21,769 nt of DNA from Nitrospirota bacterium (GTDB lineage Bacteria > Nitrospirota > UBA9217): contig CAVVOB010000011.1 of assembly GCA_963749655.1 (NCBI GenBank), positions 1 through 21,769 of the forward strand, written 5' to 3'. Positions 7,686 to 17,200 of the stretch are shown here, one piece after another (position 1 is the stretch's first letter; each line of letters opens with the position of its first letter). The position numbers and the translations under genes are program-made. The notes under the pieces are model-generated. The model was not told the DNA's origin and did not search any database. It saw nothing but the letters and a program-made list of their open reading frames with translations.

Positions 7686-10600
7686 ATGAACATTTCAGAA
7701 CTCTATATCCGGCGTCCGATCATGACCACCCTCGTCATGATTTCCATCCTTTTCCTGGGCATCGCGGGCTACCGTCAATTGCCGGTCTCCGATCTGCCGA
7801 ATGTCGATTTCCCCACGATACTCGTTTCAGCAAGCGAGCCGGGCGCGAGCCCCGAGACCATGGCTTCTGCCGTGGCCACGCCCCTGGAAAAACAATTTTC
7901 GACCATTGCCGGCATCGACAACATGACCTCGGTCAACACCCAGGGGCTCACCTCGATCACGATCCAGTTCAGCCTGAGCCGCAATATAGATGCAGCGGCC
8001 CAGGACGTGCAGTCGGCCATCGCCGTTGCCGCCCGCCAGCTCCCGCAGGACATGCCGAGCCCTCCGTCCTACCGGAAAGTGAATCCCGCTGATTCTCCTG
8101 TTCTCTACCTTGCTTTGAGCTCCCCCACACTGCCTCTTTCGTCTGTGGACGATTATGCTCAGACGCTGATCGCCCAGCGTGTCTCGATGGTGAGCGGCGT
8201 GGCCCAGGTGCAGGTATACGGCTCGCAGAAATATGCCGTGCGGGTACAGCTCAATCCCCGCGCCCTGGCGAGCAGGGGACTCGGCATCGACGAAGTGGCG
8301 GGTGCGGTATCGCAGGCGAACGTGAACCTTCCGACCGGGACCCTGTACGGCACAAACAAGGCCTTCACGGTCCAGGCAACGGGGCAGCTGAATGACGCCA
8401 AGGCCTATCGGCCCATCATTGTTGCATACCGCGGCGGCTCGCCGGTGCGCCTTCAGGAGCTGGGCGACGTCGTGGACAGCGTTGAGAATGACAAAGTGGC
8501 AAGCTGGTTCAAGGACACGCGCGCCATCATTCTCGCGGTCCAGCGCCAGCCCGGTACGAACACGGTGGAGGTTGTCAATTCCATCAAGAAACTCATCCCC
8601 ACGTTCCGCGAACAGATGCCGGCCTCGGTAAAGCTTGAGGTTTTGTTCGACCGCTCGGAGTCGATCCGCGATTCCGTGTCCGACGTGCAATTCACGCTGC
8701 TCCTTACGGTCTGCCTCGTGGTGCTCGTGATCTTCCTGTTCCTCCGGAACCTTTCAGCCACGGTCATCCCGAGCCTGGCGCTCCCCATGTCCGTCGTGGG
8801 CACGTTCGGCGTGATGTACATGCTCGACTTCAGCATGGACAACATGTCGCTCATGGCGCTCACGCTCTCGGTGGGGTTCGTGGTGGACGACGCCATCGTG
8901 ATGCTCGAGAACATCATCCGGCACATGGAAATGGGAGAAACGGTCATGGAGGCCGCGCTCAAAGGTTCGAAAGAGATCGGCTTTACCATCCTGTCCATGA
9001 CTATCTCGCTCGTAGCGGTCTTCATTCCCGTGTTCTTCATGCCCGGCATCATCGGACGGCTTCTGCATGAGTTCGCCACGACCATCGGCGCGTCGATCCT
9101 CATATCCGGTTTCGTGTCGTTGACCCTGACCCCCATGCTCGCGAGCCGGTTCATCCGGCCCCACGGCAAAGAACAGCACGGAAAATTGTACCAGGCGTCG
9201 GAGCGGTTCTTCAACGCCATGCTTGAATTTTACGAGCGTACACTTACGGCGGCGCTTCATCATCGCAGGGCCACGATGCTCGTGTCCGGAGTGCTCTTAA
9301 TAGCTACCGTAATCCTGTTCAAAGTGATGCCCACGGGCTTTCTCCCGAGCGAAGACACGGGACAGATGTTCATCACGACCGAAACGGCCCAGGGGACCTC
9401 GTTCGACTCCATGAAGGAGCATCAGCAGGCCATCGCCGCCATCGTACTCAAGGACCCCAACGTCGACGCTTTCATGTCCAGCGTGGGCGCGGGAGGAGCC
9501 AGCAGTTCGGGGAACCAGGGCCGCATCTTTACGCGGCTCAAGCCGCGCTCCGAGCGCAAGCTGCATGTGGACCAGGTGATCCAGCAGCTTCGTCCCAAAC
9601 TGGCACAGGTGCCGGGCATCCAGGCTTTCCTGCAGAACCCGCCGCCCATCCGCATCGGCGGCACGCTCTCGAAGAGCCTCTACCAGCTCACGCTCCAGAG
9701 CCCGGATACGAACGAGCTCTACGAGAACGGACCGAAGCTCGAAGCACGACTCCGCGAACTGCCGATCCTCCAGGACGTGACCAGCGATCTCCAGATCAAG
9801 AACCCGCAGGTGAATGTCGAGATAGACCGCAATAAGGCTTCGGCGCTCGGTGTATCCGCGACCCAGCTCGAGACAGCGCTTCAGGCCGCGTACAGCGACT
9901 ACCAGGTATCTACCATCTATGCGCCGAACAACCAGTACCGGGTCATCATGGAACTGCAGCCGGAATACCAGCAGGACCCGTCGGCGCTGTCGATGCTCTA
10001 CATCCGTTCGTCGGCCAGCCAGCTCGTACCTCTGGGCGCCGTATCCAAGCTCTCCCAGAACCTGGGCCCCTTGTCCGTAAACCACCTCGGCCAGCTGCCG
10101 GCTGTTTCGATCTCGTTCAATACGAGGCCTGGCGTGTCGCTCGGCACGGCCGTCGACGCCGTGAACAAGGCCGCCGCGCAGACGCTGCCCGCCTCGATCA
10201 CCACGAGCTTCCAGGGCACGGCACAGGCATTCCAGTCCTCCATGCAGGGTCTGGGAATCCTGCTGATCGCAGCCACGCTGGTCATCTACATCGTGCTGGG
10301 AATCCTGTACGAGAGCTTTATCCATCCGCTCACGATCCTGTCGGCGCTGCCCTTTGCGGGCTTCGGCGCCCTGGTGACGCTCCTTATCTTCGGGTCTGAT
10401 TTGAACGTTTATGCGTTCGTCGGCATTATCCTGCTCGTCGGCCTGGTAAAAAAGAACGGCATCATGATGATCGACTTCGCCCTCGATGCCCAGAGAAGGG
10501 AGGCCGCTTCTCCGGAAGATGCGATTTTCAAAGCCTGCATCATCCGGTTCCGGCCCATCATGATGACGACCATGGCCGCCCTCCTGGGTACGTTGCCGAT

Positions 10601-10793
10601 TGCACTCGGTTTCGGCGCCGGCGCCGAGTCCCGCAGGCCGCTGGGCCTCGCCGTGGTCGGCGGACTTCTTTTCTCGCAGACGCTGACGCTCTACGTAACG
10701 CCGGTTGTGTATCTCTACATGGACAAAGTACAGCGGAAATTGAGCAAGATGAGAATATTTCACGCGGGGAAAAAAGTAATCTCCGTCGAATAA
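7686..10793 (+). CDS. RND efflux permease, AcrB/MdtB/MdtC family
   Basis: 1035 aa; MNISELYIRRPIMTTL, LPNVDFPTI, PGASPETMASAVATPLE; proton-relay motifs GFVVDDAIVMLEN, GLVKKNGIMMIDF, RFRPIMMTT. Confidence 0.97.
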   Translation: MNISELYIRRPIMTTLVMISILFLGIAGYRQLPVSDLPNVDFPTILVSASEPGASPETMASAVATPLEKQFSTIAGIDNMTSVNTQGLTSITIQFSLSRNIDAAAQDVQSAIAVAARQLPQDMPSPPSYRKVNPADSPVLYLALSSPTLPLSSVDDYAQTLIAQRVSMVSGVAQVQVYGSQKYAVRVQLNPRALASRGLGIDEVAGAVSQANVNLPTGTLYGTNKAFTVQATGQLNDAKAYRPIIVAYRGGSPVRLQELGDVVDSVENDKVASWFKDTRAIILAVQRQPGTNTVEVVNSIKKLIPTFREQMPASVKLEVLFDRSESIRDSVSDVQFTLLLTVCLVVLVIFLFLRNLSATVIPSLALPMSVVGTFGVMYMLDFSMDNMSLMALTLSVGFVVDDAIVMLENIIRHMEMGETVMEAALKGSKEIGFTILSMTISLVAVFIPVFFMPGIIGRLLHEFATTIGASILISGFVSLTLTPMLASRFIRPHGKEQHGKLYQASERFFNAMLEFYERTLTAALHHRRATMLVSGVLLIATVILFKVMPTGFLPSEDTGQMFITTETAQGTSFDSMKEHQQAIAAIVLKDPNVDAFMSSVGAGGASSSGNQGRIFTRLKPRSERKLHVDQVIQQLRPKLAQVPGIQAFLQNPPPIRIGGTLSKSLYQLTLQSPDTNELYENGPKLEARLRELPILQDVTSDLQIKNPQVNVEIDRNKASALGVSATQLETALQAAYSDYQVSTIYAPNNQYRVIMELQPEYQQDPSALSMLYIRSSASQLVPLGAVSKLSQNLGPLSVNHLGQLPAVSISFNTRPGVSLGTAVDAVNKAAAQTLPASITTSFQGTAQAFQSSMQGLGILLIAATLVIYIVLGILYESFIHPLTILSALPFAGFGALVTLLIFGSDLNVYAFVGIILLVGLVKKNGIMMIDFALDAQRREAASPEDAIFKACIIRFRPIMMTTMAALLGTLPIALGFGAGAESRRPLGLAVVGGLLFSQTLTLYVTPVVYLYMDKVQRKLSKMRIFHAGKKVISVE

Positions 10794-10855
10794 GCGGGTA
10801 TTTGCAGGGAGCAACGAGGCGGTTAGTCATCTTTTTGTCATGAAAAGGAACAGCC

Positions 10856-12031
10856 ATGATAAAGCGTAAATTTTTATTTCGGCGAACTGCTGTTCTTGCC
10901 GCAGCGTTGCTTGCCGTTCTCGCCGGCTGCAAGGGTGACACTCCGTCGTATCGGACCGATCCTGTCGCGCGTGGCGATATCCAACAGGCGGTAACGGCAA
11001 CGGGCACCGTTAATGCGGTCACGACAGTCCTGGTAGGCACTCAAGTCTCGGGAACGATAAAAACTCTTTATGTAGATTTTAATTCCCGAGTGAAAAAGGG
11101 GCAACTCATCGCTCAGATAGACCCCTCGACCTTCGAATCGCAGGTCCTTCAGGCGCAGGCAAATCTGCTTTCGGCCCAGGCAAATCTTCAAAAGGCAGAA
11201 ACGTCGCTCGCCAATGATAAAAAAACTTTTGAGCGAAACAAGGAACTGTTATCAAAGAATCTTATTGCACAGAGCGACCTGGATACGGCCGAGACGAACT
11301 ACCAGTCCGATAACGCCCAGGTGGCCTCGGCCAAAGCGCTGATCGAGCAGGCAAAGGCTTCGCTCGATTACGCCAAGCAGAACCTCGCCTACACGAGGAT
11401 CGTCTCCCCGGTAGACGGTGTCGTGATTTCCAGAAATGTCGACGTGGGCCAGACCGTGGCAGCGAGTTTTCAGACTCCGACGCTTTTTACGATCGCCCAG
11501 GACCTCACCAAGATGCAGATCGACACGAACGTGGCCGAGTCGGACATCGGCGTGGTAAAGCTCGGGCAGGAGGTGGATTTCACTGTTGACGCCTATCCTG
11601 ATACTACGTTCGAGGGAAAGGTCTGGCAGATCAGACAGGCCCCCATCACCGTGCAGAACGTCGTCACCTACGATGTCGTGATCCAGGTGAACAACAAGGA
11701 CTTTAAACTCATGCCCGGGATGACCGCCAATGTTTCCATCGTCATACAGACGCGACGCGACGTGCTCAGAATCACGAATGCGGCGCTTCGGTTCCGGATG
11801 CCCGAGCGGCCCGCCTCGGCCGGCAATGCGGCGGCCGGTTCAGGAGATAAGAAGGGACCTTCGGTCTGGATTCTTGAGAACGGAAAACCGAAACGCGTCG
11901 TCATCACGCCGGGTATCAGCGATGGCAACTATACCGAGGTTGTTTCCGGCGATATGAAAGAAGGACAGCAGGCGATCGTGGAGGCCTTGCGAAAAGGCAA
12001 GTCCGCTGCTCCCGCTCCGAGGATGTTCTAA
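10856..12031 (+). CDS. MacA-type efflux periplasmic adaptor
   Basis: Lipobox-like LAGC; VGTQVSGTI..VDFNSRVKKGQLIAQID, SPVDGVVISRNVDVGQTVAASFQTPTLF, LMPGMTANV. Confidence 0.93.
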   Translation: MIKRKFLFRRTAVLAAALLAVLAGCKGDTPSYRTDPVARGDIQQAVTATGTVNAVTTVLVGTQVSGTIKTLYVDFNSRVKKGQLIAQIDPSTFESQVLQAQANLLSAQANLQKAETSLANDKKTFERNKELLSKNLIAQSDLDTAETNYQSDNAQVASAKALIEQAKASLDYAKQNLAYTRIVSPVDGVVISRNVDVGQTVAASFQTPTLFTIAQDLTKMQIDTNVAESDIGVVKLGQEVDFTVDAYPDTTFEGKVWQIRQAPITVQNVVTYDVVIQVNNKDFKLMPGMTANVSIVIQTRRDVLRITNAALRFRMPERPASAGNAAAGSGDKKGPSVWILENGKPKRVVITPGISDGNYTEVVSGDMKEGQQAIVEALRKGKSAAPAPRMF

Positions 12032-12745
12032 ATGGCCCTTATCGAGGCACGGGATATCGCCAAGGTCTATCATCTTGGCGATATCGATCTGGAAGTTTTG
12101 AAGTCCGTATCCACGACAATCGATAAAGGGGAGTTCGTTGCCATCATGGGCCCGTCTGGATCGGGCAAGTCAACATTCATGAATATCCTGGGCTGCCTCG
12201 ATCAGCCGACAGGAGGCGTGCATCTTCTTGAGGGCGTCGACGTAGGCAGACTGTCCCGTGACGAACTTGCCGAGATACGAAATAAAAAGATCGGCTTCGT
12301 GTTCCAGGGGTTCAATCTTCTTCCGAGGACTTCCGCCATTGAAAACGTTGAACTCCCTATGCTGTATGACGGCCACGCGGCACGAGAACGGCGTGAACGG
12401 GCCATGGCGGCGCTCAAGAGCGTCGGGCTCGAGGGCAGGGAAGACCATCATCCGAACCAGCTTTCGGGAGGCCAGCAGCAGCGGGTCGCCATAGCCAGGG
12501 CGCTCGTGAACGAAGCGCCCATCATTCTGGCGGACGAGCCTACCGGCAACCTCGATACGAAAACGAGCGTCGAGATCATGGATCTTTTCGTAAGGCTGAA
12601 CCGTGAGTCGGGCATTACGGTCATTCTGGTGACCCATGAGCCGGACATCGCTACGTACAGCAAACGGATCATACGCTTTCTCGACGGCCGCATCGTGAGC
12701 GACACGCTGGCCAATGCGGAATTCGGAATGCGGAGTGCGGAATGA
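12032..12745 (+). CDS. MacB/LolD-type ABC transporter ATP-binding subunit
   Basis: Walker A GPSGSGKS, IGFVFQGFNLL, signature LSGGQQQRVAIARAL, Walker B ILADEPTGNLD, VTHE. Confidence 0.96.
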   Translation: MALIEARDIAKVYHLGDIDLEVLKSVSTTIDKGEFVAIMGPSGSGKSTFMNILGCLDQPTGGVHLLEGVDVGRLSRDELAEIRNKKIGFVFQGFNLLPRTSAIENVELPMLYDGHAARERRERAMAALKSVGLEGREDHHPNQLSGGQQQRVAIARALVNEAPIILADEPTGNLDTKTSVEIMDLFVRLNRESGITVILVTHEPDIATYSKRIIRFLDGRIVSDTLANAEFGMRSAE

Positions 12746-12872
12746 AAAACCTGTCAGCTCATTATTTCTGGAATCTTAAGGATATCGGACATCGCTTTGA
12801 GTGGCCGTATTCCAGCAGGACGTTTTTCTGGTGTTTTAATTCCGCATTCCGAATTTCGCATTCCGCATTTGG
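12711..12872. repeat. Inverted arrays of the AATGCGG heptamer forming a long hairpin
   Basis: Left arm AATGCGG AATTCGG AATGCGG AGTGCGG AATG (12713-12744). The right arm (about 12838-12869) is the reverse complement of AATGCGG AATGCGA AATTCGG AATGCGG AATT. Inner IR CTGGAAT/ATTCCAG. Confidence 0.85.
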
Positions 12873-12878
12873 TGCACC

Positions 12879-14108
12879 ATGATCAACATTCCATCTACCA
12901 TAAAGATATCGTTCCGGGCATTGTGGGTGAATAAGATGCGCTCCGCGCTCACCATGCTCGGCATCATTATCGGGGTCGGGGCCGTGATCGCCATGGTCGC
13001 TGTCGGGGCAGGCGCGAGCCAGAAGATCTCCGAACAGATATCGAGTATGGGGAGCAACCTCCTCATTATCCTCCCGGGGTCCACAACCGCCGGCGGCGTA
13101 CGCATGGGATCGGGCTCGCAGCCGACGCTCTCGCTGGGGGACGCTGAGTCGATCCAGAAAGAGTGCCCGGCTGTATCGGATGTGGGCCCGACGCTGGGAG
13201 GCGTGGCGCAGATCATATTCGGACACATGAACTGGTCGACGGGCGTGAGCGGTACGTCGCCGGGCATGTTGAACGTTCGGGACTGGGCATTGTCCGCCGG
13301 TCGGCCCTTTACCCAGCAGGACGTGAAGAGCGCGACCAAAGTGGCCCTTCTCGGCCAGACGGTGGTGGAAAATCTGTTCGGCGATCAAAATCCCGTGGGC
13401 CAGACGATCCGGATCAAGAACGTCCCTTTCCAGGTGGTCGGCGTGTTAGCGGAAAAAGGGCAGTCTGCCCAGGGCCAGGATCAGGATGACACTGTTATGA
13501 TCCCCGTGACCACTGCCCAGAAAAAGCTTTTCGGGACACAGTTCCCGGGCATGGTGAGGATCATCATGGTCAAGGCGAAGAGCGCTGAAGATCTTTCGGC
13601 TGCGGAGAAGCAGATAACCGAACTGCTCAGGCAGCGGCACCACATCGGACAGAAGCAGGACAATGATTTTACGGTGAGGAACCTGACACAGATCATGCAG
13701 GCCGCTGAACAGTCGTCGAAAGTCATGACCCTGCTCCTCGGGGCCATTGCTTCCGTTTCGCTTCTGGTCGGCGGCATCGGTATCATGAATATCATGCTCG
13801 TGTCCGTGACCGAGCGCACTCGGGAGATCGGCATCCGCATGGCCATCGGCGCCAAGACCTGGGACATCAGGCTCCAGTTCATCATCGAAGCGCTTACACT
13901 CTCTTTGATCGGCGGGGTCATGGGTATCATCATAGGCGTGTCCACGGCGGTGATTCTCTCTTCCGTCTCGGGTTGGCCCACGGTCGTGTCAATCCTTTCC
14001 ATCCTCCTGGCGTTCAGTTTTTCGGGATTCATCGGCATCTTCTTCGGTTTTTATCCCGCCTATAAAGCTTCCTTGTTGAATCCCATCGACGCACTGCGGT
14101 ACGAGTAA
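12879..14108 (+). CDS. MacB-type ABC transporter permease (FtsX-like)
   Basis: NKMRSALTMLGIIIGVGAVIAMVAVG, SLLVGGIGIMNIMLVSVTERTREIGIRMAIGA, FGFYPAYKASLLNPIDALRYE. Confidence 0.96.
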   Translation: MINIPSTIKISFRALWVNKMRSALTMLGIIIGVGAVIAMVAVGAGASQKISEQISSMGSNLLIILPGSTTAGGVRMGSGSQPTLSLGDAESIQKECPAVSDVGPTLGGVAQIIFGHMNWSTGVSGTSPGMLNVRDWALSAGRPFTQQDVKSATKVALLGQTVVENLFGDQNPVGQTIRIKNVPFQVVGVLAEKGQSAQGQDQDDTVMIPVTTAQKKLFGTQFPGMVRIIMVKAKSAEDLSAAEKQITELLRQRHHIGQKQDNDFTVRNLTQIMQAAEQSSKVMTLLLGAIASVSLLVGGIGIMNIMLVSVTERTREIGIRMAIGAKTWDIRLQFIIEALTLSLIGGVMGIIIGVSTAVILSSVSGWPTVVSILSILLAFSFSGFIGIFFGFYPAYKASLLNPIDALRYE

Positions 14109-14144
14109 CCGCTTGTATCAGCCGCGTGCAGCAAAAAATTATCA

Positions 14145-14179
14145 AATGACTTGTCATTCAGCGTTATTTCTCTTATCAT
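14145..14179 (+). promoter_or_regulatory. Putative sigma70 promoter of the protease, with a palindrome over the -35
   Basis: TTGTCA (14151-14156), 17 bp spacer, TATCAT (14174-14179). Inverted repeat AATGAC-TT-GTCATT (14145-14158) overlaps the -35. Confidence 0.6.
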
Positions 14180-14225
14180 GTATACGTTTGAAGTCATCAC
14201 ATTATGAGGATAGGTAACGAACGTC

Positions 14226-17200
14226 ATGAATAATTTCTTAAGGATTCAATGCCGGCGGGAAGGCCTGTTTTTTGCAGTTTTTCTGCTGGGGATCATCTTC
14301 ATCGTTCTTCCTCCATCGCAAAGTGATGCTGTGCCTGCCTCGCCGGAACTCAAAAGTCTGCAGCAGCCTGACGGCACGAAGATCAAAGCCAGGCAATGGG
14401 GGGACGAGTCGTATCATGGCTGGGAAACGGAAGAAGGATACACTCTCCAGTTTGACGATGCGCTGAAAGCGTGGACTTATGCAGTCCGGTCAGCGGACGG
14501 CGGCCTTATGAGCTCGGGCAGGATTGCAGGAAAGGGGCCGGTGCCTGCAGGCTCAGGAAGAAACCTGAGGCCGACCTCCACGTATCGTTATGCCATGCCT
14601 TTGAAAAGACTGACACGGGAAGGGAAACAACTTAGTAGTACGGTAAAACCTGCACTGCAGTCCACGCAGGCCCGCTCACCCCAGCTGGTCACGCCTTCCG
14701 CAGGCACGGCAAATGTACCGGTGATTCTGATCAACTTTTCCAATACTACGACCACTTACGCGGCCGCGGATTTTACTACGCTGCTCTTCGGGACCGGCAA
14801 CAACAGCATGAAGGACTTTTACGAAGAAGTGTCCTACGGCGCATTCAGCGTCTCTGCCGGGCCGGCCGGTGTGAAGGGGTGGTACAGCTCGAGTCATTCC
14901 CATGACTATTTCAGCCCTAATGAAAAATGGGTCGGCACGCTTGTCAGGGAGGCGGTCGCCGCTGCCGACACGGACGTCAATTTTTCATTCTACGATCAGG
15001 ACGGGGATTGCTACGTCGATGTGGTCAACATCGTGCACCAGGGCACGGGCGCTGAAGCCAGCTACAACAACACCGACATATGGTCACACCGCTGGAATTT
15101 GAATTCCTCCTATGACTCAGGCTACAGCGACGGCGGCGCATACACAACCAACGACCTATGCACTGCCAATACATCATCGCACATCATCGTTAACGATTAC
15201 ATCATCCAGCCGGAGGTCTTGTCCGGCACAACGAGCAGCATTTCCACGATCGGTGTTTTTGCCCATGAATTCGCCCATTCCCTCGGCCTGCCCGACCTCT
15301 ATGACACGGATTCCTCTTCAACCGGGATCGGCTCGTGGAGCCTCATGGCCTATGGCTCCTGGAACGGAGTCGACAGAGAAGGCGATCGTCCGGCCCACCT
15401 CGACGCCTGGTCCAAATTCTTTCTCGACTGGGTGACGCCGATGCTCGTGGACGGAACGCTGACGTCGGAGGCAATAGATACCGCAGCAACGACACCCGAT
15501 GTGTATCAGCTCCTCGGCGGGACGTCGCTGTCGGGCGAGTATTTCCTTGTAGAGAACAGGCAGAAGACGAGCTTCGATGCGGGGCTGCCGGGTTCAGGCC
15601 TGCTGGTCTGGCATATAGACGGCAACCTTATCAACAGCACCATCTCGGCGAACACGGTAAATGACAACGAGTGCATTCCGCCATACGACTGTTCTGCTAA
15701 TCATTACGGAGTAGCGCTTGTGCAGGCCGACAACCGGTGGGACCTTGAAGGAGGGACGCTGGGTTTCGGGAACTACGGAGACGCATCTGATCCCTATTCA
15801 GCGACGACAAACAGCGCCCTTTCCGACACCACTTCTCCTGCCGCAGTTCTGTACGACGGCACCAAGACCGGCCTGAGCGTATCGCTGATCAGCGCTTCCA
15901 CAACCACGATGACCGCTACGCTGTCCGCGCCTGCCGATTATCTTGTGATAAGCGGCGCTTCTACCCTCCAGGAGGGCGGCACTTCTTCCTATTCAGCCGT
16001 CATGCATTGGGGAAACGGGACCTCCGTAGCTATCACCCCGACCTGGAGCATCGAGCCTGCGTCTCCCTATGCTTCTATCGATTCATCAGGACTATTAACA
16101 ACGCAGCCGGTGCCTGCTGACCAGGCCGTGACGATCCAGGCGGTTTACACAAGCGGGAAGACCTATAGTGCAACAAAACCGGTAACGATCTTTCGGATCA
16201 TGCCTCTTGCCGAAGCCGTAGACAGCGGCCTGACCTTCTCGACGGGCGGAAATGCAGCGTGGTTCGGTCAGGCGGCGATAAGCCATGATGGAACGGACGC
16301 GGCCCAGAGCGGCGTGCTTCAGGACAATCAGAGCGCATGGTTTGAGACGACGGTCAGCGGGCCGGGCTCGGGAAGTTTCTTCTGGAAAGTATCATCCGAG
16401 ACTTTTTATGATTTTTTACGGTTTTATATTGATGGTGCGCAAAAGAACGAAATCAGCGGCGAAGTCGACTGGGCACAAGTGGCATTCACTGTGACAGGAT
16501 CGGGGAACCATACACTTCGGTGGGAGTATTCCAAGGATTACATGTTGCTCATGGGCTCGGACACGGCCTGGGTGGACCAGGTGACCTTTGTTTCGACCGC
16601 GTGCAGCACGGCATCAATTAGCCCTGTAAGCGCGTCCCTTGGGGAAGCGGGCGGCACAGGAGACATCGCCGTAACAGCCGACGGCTCCTGCTCCTGGACC
16701 GCTATAAGCAACGATGCGTGGATCGCGGTAACAGGAGGAGCGACCGGCGCCGGCAACGGCACCGTCAACTACCTCGTATCGGAAAACACGGGAAGCGCGC
16801 GGTCGGGAACGATAACCGCAGCAGGCAAGACATTTACAATAACCCAGGCAGCAGCGGCGTGCGTTTCGCTCATCACCCCGACAGCTGGTTCGTTTGTCTG
16901 GAGCGGCGGCTCCGGTGATATCGCCGTGACCATCGGTTCAGCATGCACCTGGACAGCGGTGAGCAACGATTCGTGGATCACGGTGACAGGAGGAACGACC
17001 GGAACCGGCAACGGGAACGTGACCTATGACGTGGCGGAACATATCGGCGGTGCGCGGTCAGGCACGATTACTGCCGCAGGACAGACTTTCACTGTTTCCC
17101 AGTCCGCGTCGTGGGACGGCGATCTGGACGGAGGAGGCGTGAGCTCTACCGATGCTCTCCGTGCCCTTAGGATCGCAGCAGGCCTCCAGACAGCCTCAAG

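Noticed and set aside
9297-10814. 505-aa antisense ORF, and similar ones at 6508-7596, 7827-8690, 3180-4151 and 21091-21744
   Set aside because: Shadow ORFs opposite well-conserved genes, expected from GC-rich codon bias; no recognisable motifs.
12711-12872. CRISPR array or IS element
   Set aside because: Units are 7 bp without unique spacers, there are no cas or transposase genes, and no target-site duplication is evident.
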